Shown here in pieces: positions 18,264 through 28,621 of a stretch of DNA of 64,000 nucleotides. The DNA comes from Candidatus Collierbacteria bacterium GW2011_GWA2_42_17 (GTDB lineage: Bacteria; Patescibacteriota; Microgenomatia; UBA1400; MFAQ01), in contig LCDA01000004.1 in assembly GCA_000998275.1 (NCBI GenBank), positions 4,360-68,359 on the forward strand, read 5' to 3'. Each line of letters starts with the position of its first letter. Within the stretch, counting starts at the first letter, position 1. The translations under genes were made by a program, and so were the position numbers. The notes beneath the pieces are model-generated. The model was not told where the DNA came from, searched no databases, and worked only from the letters and a program-made list of their open reading frames with translations.

Positions 18264-18560
18264 CTACTTCTCCTCGGCTTTGTTTTCTTCTCTTAACTGC
18301 TTCAATTTCCACATAAACAGTCGGCCCTTACTGGTCGGATGGTTTGCCCCCAACACAAACAGTCTTGCCTGTTCGATTATTGGTCGGGGGGTATTTTTTG
18401 CCAGTCTCATATAGATTGCCGTATGTGCGGTATCTTCAAGTTCCACCGCTAGACGATAGGCATAATCTTGAAACTCACGACTTATTCTTCTCTGTTTGGT
18501 TTCTTCCAGATCATACTTGTCAAGAATCGACACCATTGGTTTAAAGCCCATCTTATCCAT
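18264..18560 (-). CDS. Hypothetical protein
   Basis: 98-aa ORF 2 nt downstream of pth (ISREFQDYAYRLA..GRLFMWKLK). Confidence 0.65.
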   Translation of the reverse strand: MDKMGFKPMVSILDKYDLEETKQRRISREFQDYAYRLAVELEDTAHTAIYMRLAKNTPRPIIEQARLFVLGANHPTSKGRLFMWKLKQLREENKAEEK

Positions 18561-18562
18561 TT

Positions 18563-19096
18563 TTATGATTTTATATTCATCGCAAGAGTTTCCGTTAGTT
18601 CTTTGATCGCCTCATCCATCACCCCATCAAGCTCTTTTAGTTCTTCCTTACTCATCTTCGACAAGACATAATCCGCTCCGGTGCCATAGCTCATCCCCGG
18701 TTGTCTGTTGTCGATACCAATTCTCACTCTCAAAAAATCGTTTCTCCCTAAATACTGTTCCACGGACTTCAACCCGTTGTGTACTTTTGGTCCCACTTCT
18801 TTTTGAATCTTGAACTCTCCAAAGGCAATATCCAAGTCGTCATGTACCACAACTACATTTTCAACTGACAGTTTATAAAAATCCATTATTTTTCGAACTG
18901 ATCTTCCACTGTCATTCATAAAGGTAAACGGTTTCACCAAAATTAGTTTTCCTCTCTTCATCACCTCAGCCTCTTGTTTACGATCCACTTCAAATTTATC
19001 CTTACCAGCCAATTTATTGATAAATAAAAATCCAGCGTTATGTCGCGTCTTTTCATAATTTTCTCCAGGATTTCCTAGTCCAACGATTAAATACAT
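18563..19096 (-). CDS. pth: Peptidyl-tRNA hydrolase
   Basis: LIVGLGNPG, TRHNAGF, FMNDSG, HDDLD, HNGLKS, RVRIGI. Confidence 0.96.
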   Translation of the reverse strand: MYLIVGLGNPGENYEKTRHNAGFLFINKLAGKDKFEVDRKQEAEVMKRGKLILVKPFTFMNDSGRSVRKIMDFYKLSVENVVVVHDDLDIAFGEFKIQKEVGPKVHNGLKSVEQYLGRNDFLRVRIGIDNRQPGMSYGTGADYVLSKMSKEELKELDGVMDEAIKELTETLAMNIKS

Positions 19097-19115
19097 ACTA
19101 TAATTCTATCAGTCT

Positions 19116-19979
19116 ATGAACAAAGAACCTTTTTTTTCCATCGTTATTCCTTGCCTAAACGAAGAAAAGTCCCTGCCTCTTCTTCTCCAAGACTTAGTCA
19201 ATCAAACTCTTCAAGACTTCGAGGTCATTGTTGTTGACGGAAATTCCAAAGATAAAACTGTCGAAAATGCCAACAAGTTCAAGAAACGGCTTCCTTCTCT
19301 TTCCATTCTCCATAGCAAAATCAGAAATGTCTCTGTCCAAAGGAATATGGGTGGTGAAGCAGGCAAAGGCACCTATCTTCTCTTCAACGACGCCGACAAT
19401 CGACTTCCCAAACACTTCCTTGAAGGCGTCAAATACCACATAGGTGTCAAACCAACCGATATGTTTACTACTTGGTGCTTACCCGATTCCAACCGCAGAT
19501 CTGACAAGGCCATTGCCACCAATCTCAATCTCCTCACAGAAACAGGTTTACTTCTTGGCACTCCCGGAGCTCTTGGTGCCATGATTGGTTGCCGCCGCAA
19601 AATTTTCGGCAAAATTGGGGGCTTTAACCCGAAAGTTGCCTTCGCCGAAGACTCCGAGTTTATTAGACACGGATACCGCAAGGGTTACACCTTCTCTATC
19701 ATCCGTGAACCTCGTTATGTTTACTCTCTCAGACGTTTTCGCAAAATAGGCACTCTCAAACTCCTCCAAAAATACGCCATTCTCAATCTAAAAATTATGA
19801 CCAACCAAGAGGTCGATCAAAAGAAAGAGTATCCCATGGGTGGTGAGTACCTTGAAAAAGACGATAAAACAACGGCCTACTTCAAAAATCTTCAGTCAGT
19901 CTTCATAAAAAAGAGTCCCAAAAAGAGTATTTTAGAAAAAATTAGAGCTCTTCTCAGCCTCGAAGAAAGTGATCTCTAA
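19116..19979 (+). CDS. Glycosyltransferase family 2
   Basis: SIVIPCLNEE, VIVVDGNSKDKT, FNDAD, GGFN...AED. Confidence 0.9.
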   Translation: MNKEPFFSIVIPCLNEEKSLPLLLQDLVNQTLQDFEVIVVDGNSKDKTVENANKFKKRLPSLSILHSKIRNVSVQRNMGGEAGKGTYLLFNDADNRLPKHFLEGVKYHIGVKPTDMFTTWCLPDSNRRSDKAIATNLNLLTETGLLLGTPGALGAMIGCRRKIFGKIGGFNPKVAFAEDSEFIRHGYRKGYTFSIIREPRYVYSLRRFRKIGTLKLLQKYAILNLKIMTNQEVDQKKEYPMGGEYLEKDDKTTAYFKNLQSVFIKKSPKKSILEKIRALLSLEESDL

Positions 19980-19982
19980 AGA

Positions 19983-20918
19983 TCAGGCAAGGATAAACTG
20001 CAGCCCGATAAACATCAGGTAGACCCCAACCAAAACCATTCCTTCCCATCTTTCCAGTTTATGTTTTGACTTGGTAAAAAGCCAAAACAATCCCAAGATA
20101 AACACCAAAAACATACCCGACAAACCCCTCTGCACCGATTCTCTGATAATAATCGGGGTAATTAGCGCCACGATGCCCAAGATTACAGTCGAATTCATCA
20201 CCACACTTCCCAATAGATTTGGTAAAGCCAAACTGGCTTTATGTTTCTTACCCGAAAAAGAAAGTAGCAGCAACTCCGGCAAGGTCGTCCCAAATGCAAC
20301 TAGCAATAACCCCATCCAAAACCAGCTCACTCCCCAAACAGCCGCAATCGCAACAACAATCTGCACCAGCTGCCAGGAAGAAACTGCCATGATAATAAGA
20401 CCAAGAACCAACAATATCGGCAACCCCCAATTTTCAAAACCGGAAAACTTTTTCCCTGACTGTTTAACCGTCACTTTTTCGTTTGATAGGAAAAATACAT
20501 AGACAAAATAGAGTGCAATTAATACTCCCCCTTCAAGCTTAGAAATTGTCCCGTCCATTAACATCAAAAATGGCATTAAAGCCAGAAGAATCGCCACCCA
20601 CAAATCTTTTTCCAAGTACTCTCCAACCACCGGGATAGCTACCGCAATCACCGCCAGCCCCCCGATAACCAAACTCAAATTAGCCATATTTGCACCTACC
20701 ACGGTTCCTAAGGCTATTTGCGGTTTTCCGTCTAAGGCCGCCGCGATACCTACAAACAACTCTGGCAAGGCTAGCGAAAAGCCAATCAATATTGCCGTTA
20801 CTTTATTCTTCTTTATTGGAAGTCTGAAAACATACCTCTCAAGTATATCGACCACTACTCCGGAAGATAAAACAATCAAAACTAATAGTACCAATCCCAC
20901 CAGGATATTCAACACCAT
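19983..20918 (-). CDS. Sodium/calcium (CaCA family) antiporter
   Basis: Two alpha-repeats: LALPEL..GANMAN and GTTLPEL..GSVVMN. Confidence 0.85.
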   Translation of the reverse strand: MVLNILVGLVLLVLIVLSSGVVVDILERYVFRLPIKKNKVTAILIGFSLALPELFVGIAAALDGKPQIALGTVVGANMANLSLVIGGLAVIAVAIPVVGEYLEKDLWVAILLALMPFLMLMDGTISKLEGGVLIALYFVYVFFLSNEKVTVKQSGKKFSGFENWGLPILLVLGLIIMAVSSWQLVQIVVAIAAVWGVSWFWMGLLLVAFGTTLPELLLLSFSGKKHKASLALPNLLGSVVMNSTVILGIVALITPIIIRESVQRGLSGMFLVFILGLFWLFTKSKHKLERWEGMVLVGVYLMFIGLQFILA

Positions 20919-20933
20919 AAATCATTTTAGCAT

Positions 20934-21575
20934 CTATCCCTTTTTCTTCTTCCCGTTTTTCACCCCTGTCAAAACAATCGGTACCACCGAAATCAAGACA
21001 ATGATGATAACAACATAGTGAAAATTTTCTTTGACAAAGGGGATATTACCGAACCAAAATCCCCCCAAAAGAAACAGACTAACCCAAGATAGTCCGCCAA
21101 TGATGTTATAGGAAATAAATCTGCCATAGTGCATCTCGGAAATACCGGCCACAAAAGGAGCAAAGGTACGCACAATTGGCACAAAACGGGCAAGAATTAT
21201 CGCCTTACCGCCATGTTTGGCATAAAAAGCTTCTGCCTCTTCCAAATACTCTTTCTTAAAAAATTTACTCCCCTTTTCAAACACCCCTCTCCCTAGTTTG
21301 TGTCCAATCCAATAATTGACCGTGTCCCCCAAGACTGCCGCAGCCGCCATTAAAATCCAAAGAAAAGCAATGTCAAACGATCCCATGGCCGCCAATGCTC
21401 CGGCCGCAAATAAAAGCGAGTCTCCGGGAAGAAAAGGTGTCACTACCAAACCGGTCTCCATAAAAATCACCCCGAATAACATGATGTAGGTCAAAGTTCC
21501 GTACTTGGCGATTATCAATACCAAGTTTTTATCAATGTGTAAAAAGAGATCGACAACGTATTTAATAAATTCCAT
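20934..21575 (-). CDS. dedA: DedA-family membrane protein
   Basis: ETGLVVTPFLPGDSLLF, GDTVNYWIG, ARFVPIVRTFAPFVAG. Confidence 0.93.
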   Translation of the reverse strand: MEFIKYVVDLFLHIDKNLVLIIAKYGTLTYIMLFGVIFMETGLVVTPFLPGDSLLFAAGALAAMGSFDIAFLWILMAAAAVLGDTVNYWIGHKLGRGVFEKGSKFFKKEYLEEAEAFYAKHGGKAIILARFVPIVRTFAPFVAGISEMHYGRFISYNIIGGLSWVSLFLLGGFWFGNIPFVKENFHYVVIIIVLISVVPIVLTGVKNGKKKKG

Positions 21576-21589
21576 TTCTAAATCATACC

Positions 21590-23299
21590 TTATACTTTAG
21601 AGATTTTTGCAATCTCTTCTACTTCTTTCCAAGTGGTCGCTTGACCAACCCCCTTGTCTTCTCGAAACCTGACTAGCCTTGGAAAACGAAGAGCAATACC
21701 CGCCGCGTGCACATTACTTTTAGTTATTTCGTCAGCCGCTACTTCTACCACTATTTTCGGCTCCACCCACACATCGGCCAAAAGAGTTCCCTCTACTTGG
21801 AAATTTATTGGTTTTTCTTTAAGTTTATGTTCCTCCAAATTTATCTTAAGGTTCCTAAACTCCTCATCGGTCAGGCCGGTGCCAATCTTAGCCAAGCTCA
21901 CCCAAAAATCTCCTTTTTTAAGACCAACTAAAAACGCCCCAATTCCAAAACCAACTCTTTTACCCCTACCAAAGTAATATCCCAAAACCACCAGATCTAA
22001 AGTGTCGGACAGTTTACCAGAATTTCCTTCCGCCTCTTTTATCTTTACCCAGTTCCACCCCTGTCTCCCAGGAAGATATTTTCCATTCCACATCTTGATT
22101 ACAGCGCCCTCAAAACCCTCACTCAAGTATTTTTTGTGCTGTCTTTCTACTTCTTCCGGGTCACTAGTTCTCACAAACTCATCAACCACTATCACCTCAT
22201 TAGGAATTATCGACTCGGCTAATATTTCTCTTCTTTCAAAATATGGTTTGCTCAGCAAATCCGCTCCATCTTTACTCAAAATATCAAAAAGGAAAAATCT
22301 CATAGGTACACTCTCCGCCGCTCCGGCGATATTGTGTTTTCTCTTTCTGGTCATCGTTACCTGGAAGGGTAAAACCTTCCCTGTTTTCCTTTCATATCCT
22401 GCCGCTTCACAGTCCAAAATTACACTATCGCCCTTAATCCATTTTCCCATTTCTAAAATTTCAGGAAACATCCAGCTATTCTCCTCCAAATTTCTTGTGT
22501 AAGTTTTTACTTCATTCTTTAATCTATTAAAGTGAATTTGCAAACGTGTTCCGTCATATTTTCTCTCCACTGCCACATCGTGCATTTTTTCAACAATCTC
22601 TCCGTATTCATTCAACCTCTGGCATAAAGCTGGAACCACGGGAACTCCAACCTTTACTTTAATATCTTTAAGGCCAGCCATTCCCTTCTCTTTTACCGCG
22701 GTCGTAATAAGACCCGGGTCTGGATAAATCTGAAAAACCGAATCCAATTCTTTTCGTAAGGTTTTGTTTCCACTCTGCATCTGCGAAAGCGCATCAAAAA
22801 TGGTTTTTGCCGAAAATCCAAGACGTAGTTTCCCAACCACCATTCTGGAAATATACTTTCTTTCTGTTGCACTTATTTCCAGTAGTATTTCAGATAATTT
22901 GTTTACCTTTCTTTCTTGGCTTCCAAAACCACTATCTTCCGCAATTAACAAAAGATAATCATAAATTTCGGTCAGGCTATGACTTTTTCTCTTTTCCTTT
23001 TCAAAAGGCATCTCTTCCAACAGCAAACCCAAATCACCTTTCTGCTTATACTCTCTTGTTACTTCTTCGATTGATTTTCCCGTTCCCTGTGCAATCGCTC
23101 TGATTACCATCTTCACTGCCATACCAAACTCCTTATTTGCGAAATCCGGACCAAGCTGACCAAGAACCAAGTAAATTCCTTTACTTGTTTCTGTTGGTTC
23201 TAACTTTCCAATAAGCTCCGCCAGTACATCTGTAATCAGAAGTCGTGACGAAATCTTTTCCAATTTCTGAAGATACTTAGCAAATTCTATAAACTGCAT
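21590..23299 (-). CDS. ATP-dependent DNA ligase (archaeal/eukaryotic LigI-like, with DNA-binding domain)
   Basis: Adenylation motif ERKYDG, EGAVIK, WVKIK, DTLDLVVLG, LRFPRLVRFREDK. Confidence 0.93.
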   Translation of the reverse strand: MQFIEFAKYLQKLEKISSRLLITDVLAELIGKLEPTETSKGIYLVLGQLGPDFANKEFGMAVKMVIRAIAQGTGKSIEEVTREYKQKGDLGLLLEEMPFEKEKRKSHSLTEIYDYLLLIAEDSGFGSQERKVNKLSEILLEISATERKYISRMVVGKLRLGFSAKTIFDALSQMQSGNKTLRKELDSVFQIYPDPGLITTAVKEKGMAGLKDIKVKVGVPVVPALCQRLNEYGEIVEKMHDVAVERKYDGTRLQIHFNRLKNEVKTYTRNLEENSWMFPEILEMGKWIKGDSVILDCEAAGYERKTGKVLPFQVTMTRKRKHNIAGAAESVPMRFFLFDILSKDGADLLSKPYFERREILAESIIPNEVIVVDEFVRTSDPEEVERQHKKYLSEGFEGAVIKMWNGKYLPGRQGWNWVKIKEAEGNSGKLSDTLDLVVLGYYFGRGKRVGFGIGAFLVGLKKGDFWVSLAKIGTGLTDEEFRNLKINLEEHKLKEKPINFQVEGTLLADVWVEPKIVVEVAADEITKSNVHAAGIALRFPRLVRFREDKGVGQATTWKEVEEIAKISKV

Positions 23300-23314
23300 A
23301 ATCACATTGTAACT

Positions 23315-24415
23315 CTACTTAAATCCCTTTACCTTACCCAATATATACACCGCCCCTTTAGTCTTACCCTTCTTTCTCAAAAGCTTCTTTAAAATCAGGT
23401 CCTTCAAATCTCGCAAAATCGTATCGTCGGAAACCATCGGTAGAATTCCTCTGATTTCCTTGATGGTCATCTCTCCCTGAATCGTCATTTCTTCCATAAT
23501 GGTTATCTGTCTCTCAGAAAGAGAAATTACCTTTCCCCCCTCAGACTTAAATATTGGTCTATCTCCTACCAAGTTCATAATTTTTACCCTGGTTTTCTCA
23601 GCCGCATCGGAAAGCATCTTCGTCAAAAACTCCAACCATCCGGTCAAGTCATCACCCTCCACCGTGATTGAAAAAATCTCAGTTAATCTAGGCCTGTTTT
23701 TCAGCAGATCTTCCTCTGGCGACCACAACTCTTTCATCCCGTAACCATCGCTTGCCATTACCAGTCCCAAAAAGAACAATGCGGATGTCAGGTTGTCTTC
23801 TTCAAACGGACGAATTCTCATTATCTCAAACATCATCACTCCCGCTTTGATTACTGGATGAATTTCCATCTTTGAAGCACCTTTAAACCAGGAATACAAA
23901 TCTTCCATTTGATATCTCACTTCTACCGAAGGTGGTGACTTCACTTCCGGATACTCCAAGCTTGTCTTTACTCTATATCCCCCCAGTACCGCTGAGTTTA
24001 CAATTCGCTCCCCCAAAAGGGAGTTCAAAGAGGTTAAGTCTTTCTCACCAAAAATTTCCTGCTTAAACTTACTTGTCAGATATGCCGTCTGGCTCACTAA
24101 ACGACTAGCATTCAACCAGTTAATTGCCTTTTGTACATCTTTTTCTTTAGCAACCACTCCTACTCTCAAAGCAACCTGAGCAGGCTTATCATCTCTTCCT
24201 GGGTCATCTTTAATTATTTTCGCCACGTCATTAGCATCGAGTGAAAACCCCAAATAGTGTAGTACGCTATATGCTCTTCTGGAAAGACACTCCAATTTTA
24301 GTTTTACTTCCCAGTCAGCTTGCAATGGCGCCAATTCCACTACCAAGGCCGCCTTTTCAAGCTCAATCAAGCTACTTAATATCTTGTTGGTAATTACGTA
24401 ATGGGGACTAAACAC
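23315..24415 (-). CDS. Fic-like protein (degenerate motif) with a C-terminal DeoR-type wHTH
   Basis: HPVIKAG..FEIMRIRPFEEDN corresponds to Fic HPFxxGNGR without the His; C-terminal SDDTILRDLKDL..KGKTKGAVY. Confidence 0.75.
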   Translation of the reverse strand: MFSPHYVITNKILSSLIELEKAALVVELAPLQADWEVKLKLECLSRRAYSVLHYLGFSLDANDVAKIIKDDPGRDDKPAQVALRVGVVAKEKDVQKAINWLNASRLVSQTAYLTSKFKQEIFGEKDLTSLNSLLGERIVNSAVLGGYRVKTSLEYPEVKSPPSVEVRYQMEDLYSWFKGASKMEIHPVIKAGVMMFEIMRIRPFEEDNLTSALFFLGLVMASDGYGMKELWSPEEDLLKNRPRLTEIFSITVEGDDLTGWLEFLTKMLSDAAEKTRVKIMNLVGDRPIFKSEGGKVISLSERQITIMEEMTIQGEMTIKEIRGILPMVSDDTILRDLKDLILKKLLRKKGKTKGAVYILGKVKGFK

Positions 24416-24444
24416 ACTATTATTATTGCATCATTTGCGGTAAA

Positions 24445-25311
24445 TCACAACTTGGTCACCAACCAACCAAAATACTCTGCTACCTCTTCCACCAGATCAT
24501 CGGCATTAAACATAAAACCTTTTTTTGTTGCCAATCTTTCCGCCGCCTTTTTAACCAGAAATGAAGCTGCGCAAACTGAAAATAAAGGTTCATTCTTAGC
24601 CATCAGTCCCACCGTTAATCCGGCGATTACGTCCCCTACACCACCCTTCACCAATCCTTCATTACCCCCTTCTATCGACCATATTTCTTTTCCGTCGCTA
24701 GCAATTGACACATTATCTTTTGTCAATACCACTAACTCATACTTCTTCGCCAAATTAAAGACCTGTTCACATCGGTCTTTAAATGTAGGTTTCAGTCTCT
24801 CCCCAAACAGCATCTCAAACTCTTTTTCATTTGGCGTCACCACGGCTCCCTTTGGAATATCATTAACCCTAACCACCTGCAAGGTTCCTCCATCAACTAT
24901 CCACTTCTTCTCGGAAAATTTCTTAAATAAATCTAGGCTCATCTTTTTTGTTTCGTCCCCTTCCGAATCACAGACAAAGTTTTGTTCTCTAACATGGCTT
25001 CTCATCAATCCGGGGCCGATCAGGACCGCATCAGACTTGGCTACATAAGCTGCAACATCACCCCTATCCACCCACACAAAACTTGAAAGAGAAGCTTTAA
25101 TTTTTTCAACTATATTCTTATCTTCAACCGGACTCGAAAAATAAGTCATACTCACCATTCTGGATGCCGCCCTCAAAGCCAGTACTGGGGCTCCATGAAA
25201 CAACTTACTTCCTCCAATTATGGTTATCTGTCCTGCGGAGTATTTATCGCCAATATTCTTAAAGGTCTCCGTCTTGGCAAAATCCCGCTTATCGAACTTC
25301 TTTACCTCCAT
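24445..25311 (-). CDS. nnrD: ADP-dependent NAD(P)HX dehydratase
   Basis: IIGGS..FHGAP, IGPGL, VVTPNEKEF, GGVGDVIAG. Start moved to MEVKK at 25311. Confidence 0.88.
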   Translation of the reverse strand: MEVKKFDKRDFAKTETFKNIGDKYSAGQITIIGGSKLFHGAPVLALRAASRMVSMTYFSSPVEDKNIVEKIKASLSSFVWVDRGDVAAYVAKSDAVLIGPGLMRSHVREQNFVCDSEGDETKKMSLDLFKKFSEKKWIVDGGTLQVVRVNDIPKGAVVTPNEKEFEMLFGERLKPTFKDRCEQVFNLAKKYELVVLTKDNVSIASDGKEIWSIEGGNEGLVKGGVGDVIAGLTVGLMAKNEPLFSVCAASFLVKKAAERLATKKGFMFNADDLVEEVAEYFGWLVTKL

Positions 25312-25342
25312 GACTTTAGTATACAAGTGATAAACTTTATTT

Positions 25343-25612
25343 ATGAAAAGCACAAAGAAAAAACCCGTTAGTAGACTCTCTCAAGAAGTTGCCATTCAGA
25401 CACTAACTCTTTTTTCCTCCGCTCTTGGTCTGGTCGCCGCCCTCGCCTGGAACGAGGCTATCACGGAATATATCAATACCTATATCAAACCTTATCTGGC
25501 CAAGGGCTCGGGGGTTATTTCTCTTTTTATCTACGCTCTTCTCATCACCGCCATTACCGTCATTGTTGCTATGCAAATGGCCAGAGTCAAAAAGAGACTG
25601 GGGACTACTTGA
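25343..25612 (+). CDS. Small two-TM protein (DUF5654-like)
   Basis: ALGLVAALAWNEAI motif. Confidence 0.7.
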   Translation: MKSTKKKPVSRLSQEVAIQTLTLFSSALGLVAALAWNEAITEYINTYIKPYLAKGSGVISLFIYALLITAITVIVAMQMARVKKRLGTT

Positions 25613-26657
25613 GTTTTACTATTTCCGCCTTCTTAAACATCAGTAAATCTTCTTCATCCGCTGTTGTCACGATTACTTGTCTACCGGACATTACTCGTAA
25701 TACTTCTTGTTTGTGTTCTTCATCCAACTCCGAAAAAATATCATCCAAAAGTAACGTTGCTTTTTTCTTTCCCCTTTCTTCCAGATAATATATCTCACCC
25801 ATTTTCAAAGCCAAAACTGCCATTCTTTGCTCTCCCCTTGATCCATAAATAGACAAATCTCTCGTTCCTTCTTTAACTATTAGATCATCTTTGTGTGGCC
25901 CAACCAAAGTATATCCCACCGCCACTTCGGCATCGGCATACTGTGCCATTCGGGACTCACTTATTACACTCAGATCGTAAACAACCTTAAGTTTTCTAAA
26001 CAGCTCACTTTTCTCAAACAAACCATTAATATAGTCCGTCAACTCTCGACGTTTATCTTGAATCACTTGTCCATGTTTAATCAAAAGCCCGTCCCAGAAA
26101 GCCAAGGAATATCTACTCGCCGTTCCGTCTCTTACGGCATCGAGAATTCTGTTTCTTCTGCGCAGAGCTTGTTCATAAGTACTCAAACTGTGCTCATAAA
26201 CTTTATCCACCTGGATCATTAATCTGTCCAAAAATTTTCGTCTTACATCAGGCGATCCACTAATAAGATCCACGTCTTCCGGTCGAAACAGTACCAAAGG
26301 TAAATATCCCAAAATATCTTTTCTCCTTCTTGAAACGCCATCCACCAGATACTTTCTTTTATTAACGATTTTTCCCATTACTGTTCCTCCATTGACCATT
26401 ACTTCCAGATTTATTATGTCTTTCTTTGAAAGTGGCACTTCCCCAGAAACTCTTCCCAACTCCTGTTCAAATCGTACCATTTCCTCCGTTCTCTTGGCTC
26501 TAAAACTTTCTCCTACACCCAGTAAGTAGATGGCTTCCAATAAATTAGTTTTCCCTCTAGCATTTTCTCCCGCTATAACCGTCACCCCATCGGAAAACTC
26601 AAAAGTCTTGCTTTCGTAATTCCTAAAATCAGATAGGGTTATACTTCTAATTCCCAC
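25605..26657 (-). CDS. recF: DNA replication/repair protein RecF
   Basis: FRNY, GENARGKTNLLEAI, GPHKDD, GSRGEQR, LLLDDIFSELD. Confidence 0.93.
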   Translation of the reverse strand: MGIRSITLSDFRNYESKTFEFSDGVTVIAGENARGKTNLLEAIYLLGVGESFRAKRTEEMVRFEQELGRVSGEVPLSKKDIINLEVMVNGGTVMGKIVNKRKYLVDGVSRRRKDILGYLPLVLFRPEDVDLISGSPDVRRKFLDRLMIQVDKVYEHSLSTYEQALRRRNRILDAVRDGTASRYSLAFWDGLLIKHGQVIQDKRRELTDYINGLFEKSELFRKLKVVYDLSVISESRMAQYADAEVAVGYTLVGPHKDDLIVKEGTRDLSIYGSRGEQRMAVLALKMGEIYYLEERGKKKATLLLDDIFSELDEEHKQEVLRVMSGRQVIVTTADEEDLLMFKKAEIVKLK

Positions 26658-26676
26658 GTCTAGATTTTACACTGTA

Positions 26677-27525
26677 TTATTTTTGACACTTCGGACAATA
26701 AAAGGTTCCTCTTCCCCCAACCTTCATTTTTTGAATTACTCCCTTACACCTGCTGCAAAGCTGGCCGTCTCTTTTATAAACCAAAAAGTGATCTTGATAT
26801 GTTCCTCCCATACCCTTGATATCCACATAGTTTGCCGCACTGGCACCGCCATATTTAATCCCTCTATTAATCACTTCTCTTATTGAAACCAACAATTTCT
26901 TTATTTCCAACGGACTCAAACTATCTGCTTTGCGGTTCGGCATTACTTTAGCCAAATAAAGAGCATCATTGGCGTAAATATTCCCCAACCCTCCAATTTT
27001 TTCCTGGTCCATTAACACTAGTTTCACAGCCTTCTTTGATTTTTTCAGTACCTCGGTCAAGTACTCTAAAGAGAACTCCCTTTCGGTTACATCCGGTGAA
27101 GTTTTTCTCATTTCCTTCTCATAATTCTCTTTGTTCACCATTCTCATCCAACCAAACACTCTCATATCATTGAAAAACAATTTGCTTCCATCCGCAAAAT
27201 TCAGTATCACCCTAGTATGTTTGCTGGGAAGATCACTTACCCAGTCTGCCGTTGGGTGTCCCCCAAACACTCTTTTTTTTCCATCTACAAACACCAGTTG
27301 TCCTGTCATCTTTAAATGGACAATCATCATCTCTTCTTTGTTATTAAAATAGATCTCTATCAATTTTGATTTTCTACCAACCCTCTCCACTTCCCAGCCA
27401 ACAAGCTTATTAGAATCTCCACCAAAACTTTTCTCTCTCAATACTTCCACACTTTTGATTTTCTTCCCAACCAACACTTCATTCAGTTGACGACGAATTG
27501 TTTCAACTTCTGGTAACTCAGGCAT
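26677..27525 (-). CDS. mutM: Formamidopyrimidine-DNA glycosylase
   Basis: MPELPEVET, HLKMTG, GLGNIYANDAL and a C-terminal zinc finger CSRC..CPKCQ. Confidence 0.96.
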   Translation of the reverse strand: MPELPEVETIRRQLNEVLVGKKIKSVEVLREKSFGGDSNKLVGWEVERVGRKSKLIEIYFNNKEEMMIVHLKMTGQLVFVDGKKRVFGGHPTADWVSDLPSKHTRVILNFADGSKLFFNDMRVFGWMRMVNKENYEKEMRKTSPDVTEREFSLEYLTEVLKKSKKAVKLVLMDQEKIGGLGNIYANDALYLAKVMPNRKADSLSPLEIKKLLVSIREVINRGIKYGGASAANYVDIKGMGGTYQDHFLVYKRDGQLCSRCKGVIQKMKVGGRGTFYCPKCQK

Positions 27526-28621
27526 TTACTTTAGCAATTTCTTTTCTGATATTCTCCTCAAATTTTTCTTTAGAAAATAGTCTTGCTCTATTAATCAACT
27601 TTTCTCTGCTCCACTTCACTTTATCAAATTGTTTCATCGCCGTTTCCAAAGTCTTTACATCGGTTCCCTCAACAAAAACTCCTGTCTCTTTATCAACGAT
27701 CGTCTCTTTAAAACCCCCTCCGCGATAAGCGATTACCGGCGTTCCGGCAGCCATCGACTCAACCGGTGTCATCCCAAAATCTTCTTCTTTGGCTAAGGCT
27801 ATAAATCCTTTGGCTTCGGCGTATAGTTTATGTAAACTTTCATCATTAACGGCCCCTAGAAGTTCTACACCTCTTATCTTCTTTAGCTGATTTTCGACCT
27901 GAGAATAACCAACGGCCTCTCCCACTATCTTCAAAGAAAAACCCAAATGTTCAGCCGCCTTAGCCGCCTCAACAATTCCTTTGGCTCCAACCAATCGAGA
28001 CACAATCAAAAAGTAATCTTCCTTTTTTACATTTTTACTTACTTCAATTATTTTTTCCACTTCTACTGGAGGATAAATAACCACCGATTTCTGTCGGTAA
28101 TATTTCCATACTCTTTGTTGAACATTTTTAGAGTTTACAAACCATCTATCTACTCTCTCAGACGACCATAGGTCAAAGATCCTTAGATAGTGATTTACGA
28201 TAGTCGCATATACTCTCACTATCCAATATTTCATTAGATTAATGCTCATCTCATACCCATACAAAAACCTTGGCGGAGTATGACAATAAGCCACCACTTT
28301 AGTTTTTTTATCTACTTTAAAGCCGCGGGCAAAATAAGACGAGCAAGACGTAATCACTAAATCATAGTTGGATAAATCCAAAGATTTCCAAACCAAAGGA
28401 GCCAAAAACCTGAGTGGACTATAGAGATTCCATTTTCGGATCAACCACCCATACTTACTCTCAATAATTTTTCTGTCTGAAAATTTTCGGTCGCAGCTTG
28501 AGTTCTTAACCCTAAATGCAGTATATATCGGTGCCTCCGGATACATATCCGCCAATACTCGCAGTACTCTTTCTGCCCCCCCAAACTCCTTAATATAGTC
28601 ATGTACCAGAGCGATTTTCAT
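27518..28621 (-). CDS. Glycosyltransferase family 4
   Basis: MKIALVHDY..GGAERV, YCHTPPR, EDFGMTPVESMAAGTPVIA. Confidence 0.92.
   Translation of the reverse strand: MKIALVHDYIKEFGGAERVLRVLADMYPEAPIYTAFRVKNSSCDRKFSDRKIIESKYGWLIRKWNLYSPLRFLAPLVWKSLDLSNYDLVITSCSSYFARGFKVDKKTKVVAYCHTPPRFLYGYEMSINLMKYWIVRVYATIVNHYLRIFDLWSSERVDRWFVNSKNVQQRVWKYYRQKSVVIYPPVEVEKIIEVSKNVKKEDYFLIVSRLVGAKGIVEAAKAAEHLGFSLKIVGEAVGYSQVENQLKKIRGVELLGAVNDESLHKLYAEAKGFIALAKEEDFGMTPVESMAAGTPVIAYRGGGFKETIVDKETGVFVEGTDVKTLETAMKQFDKVKWSREKLINRARLFSKEKFEENIRKEIAKVNA

Noticed and set aside
24401-25048. Long antisense ORFs (for example 24401-25048, 30099-30743, 40473-41051, 60688-61203)
   Set aside because: They are shadows of confident genes on the opposite strand, are Ser/Pro/Phe-rich from the strand skew and have no motifs.
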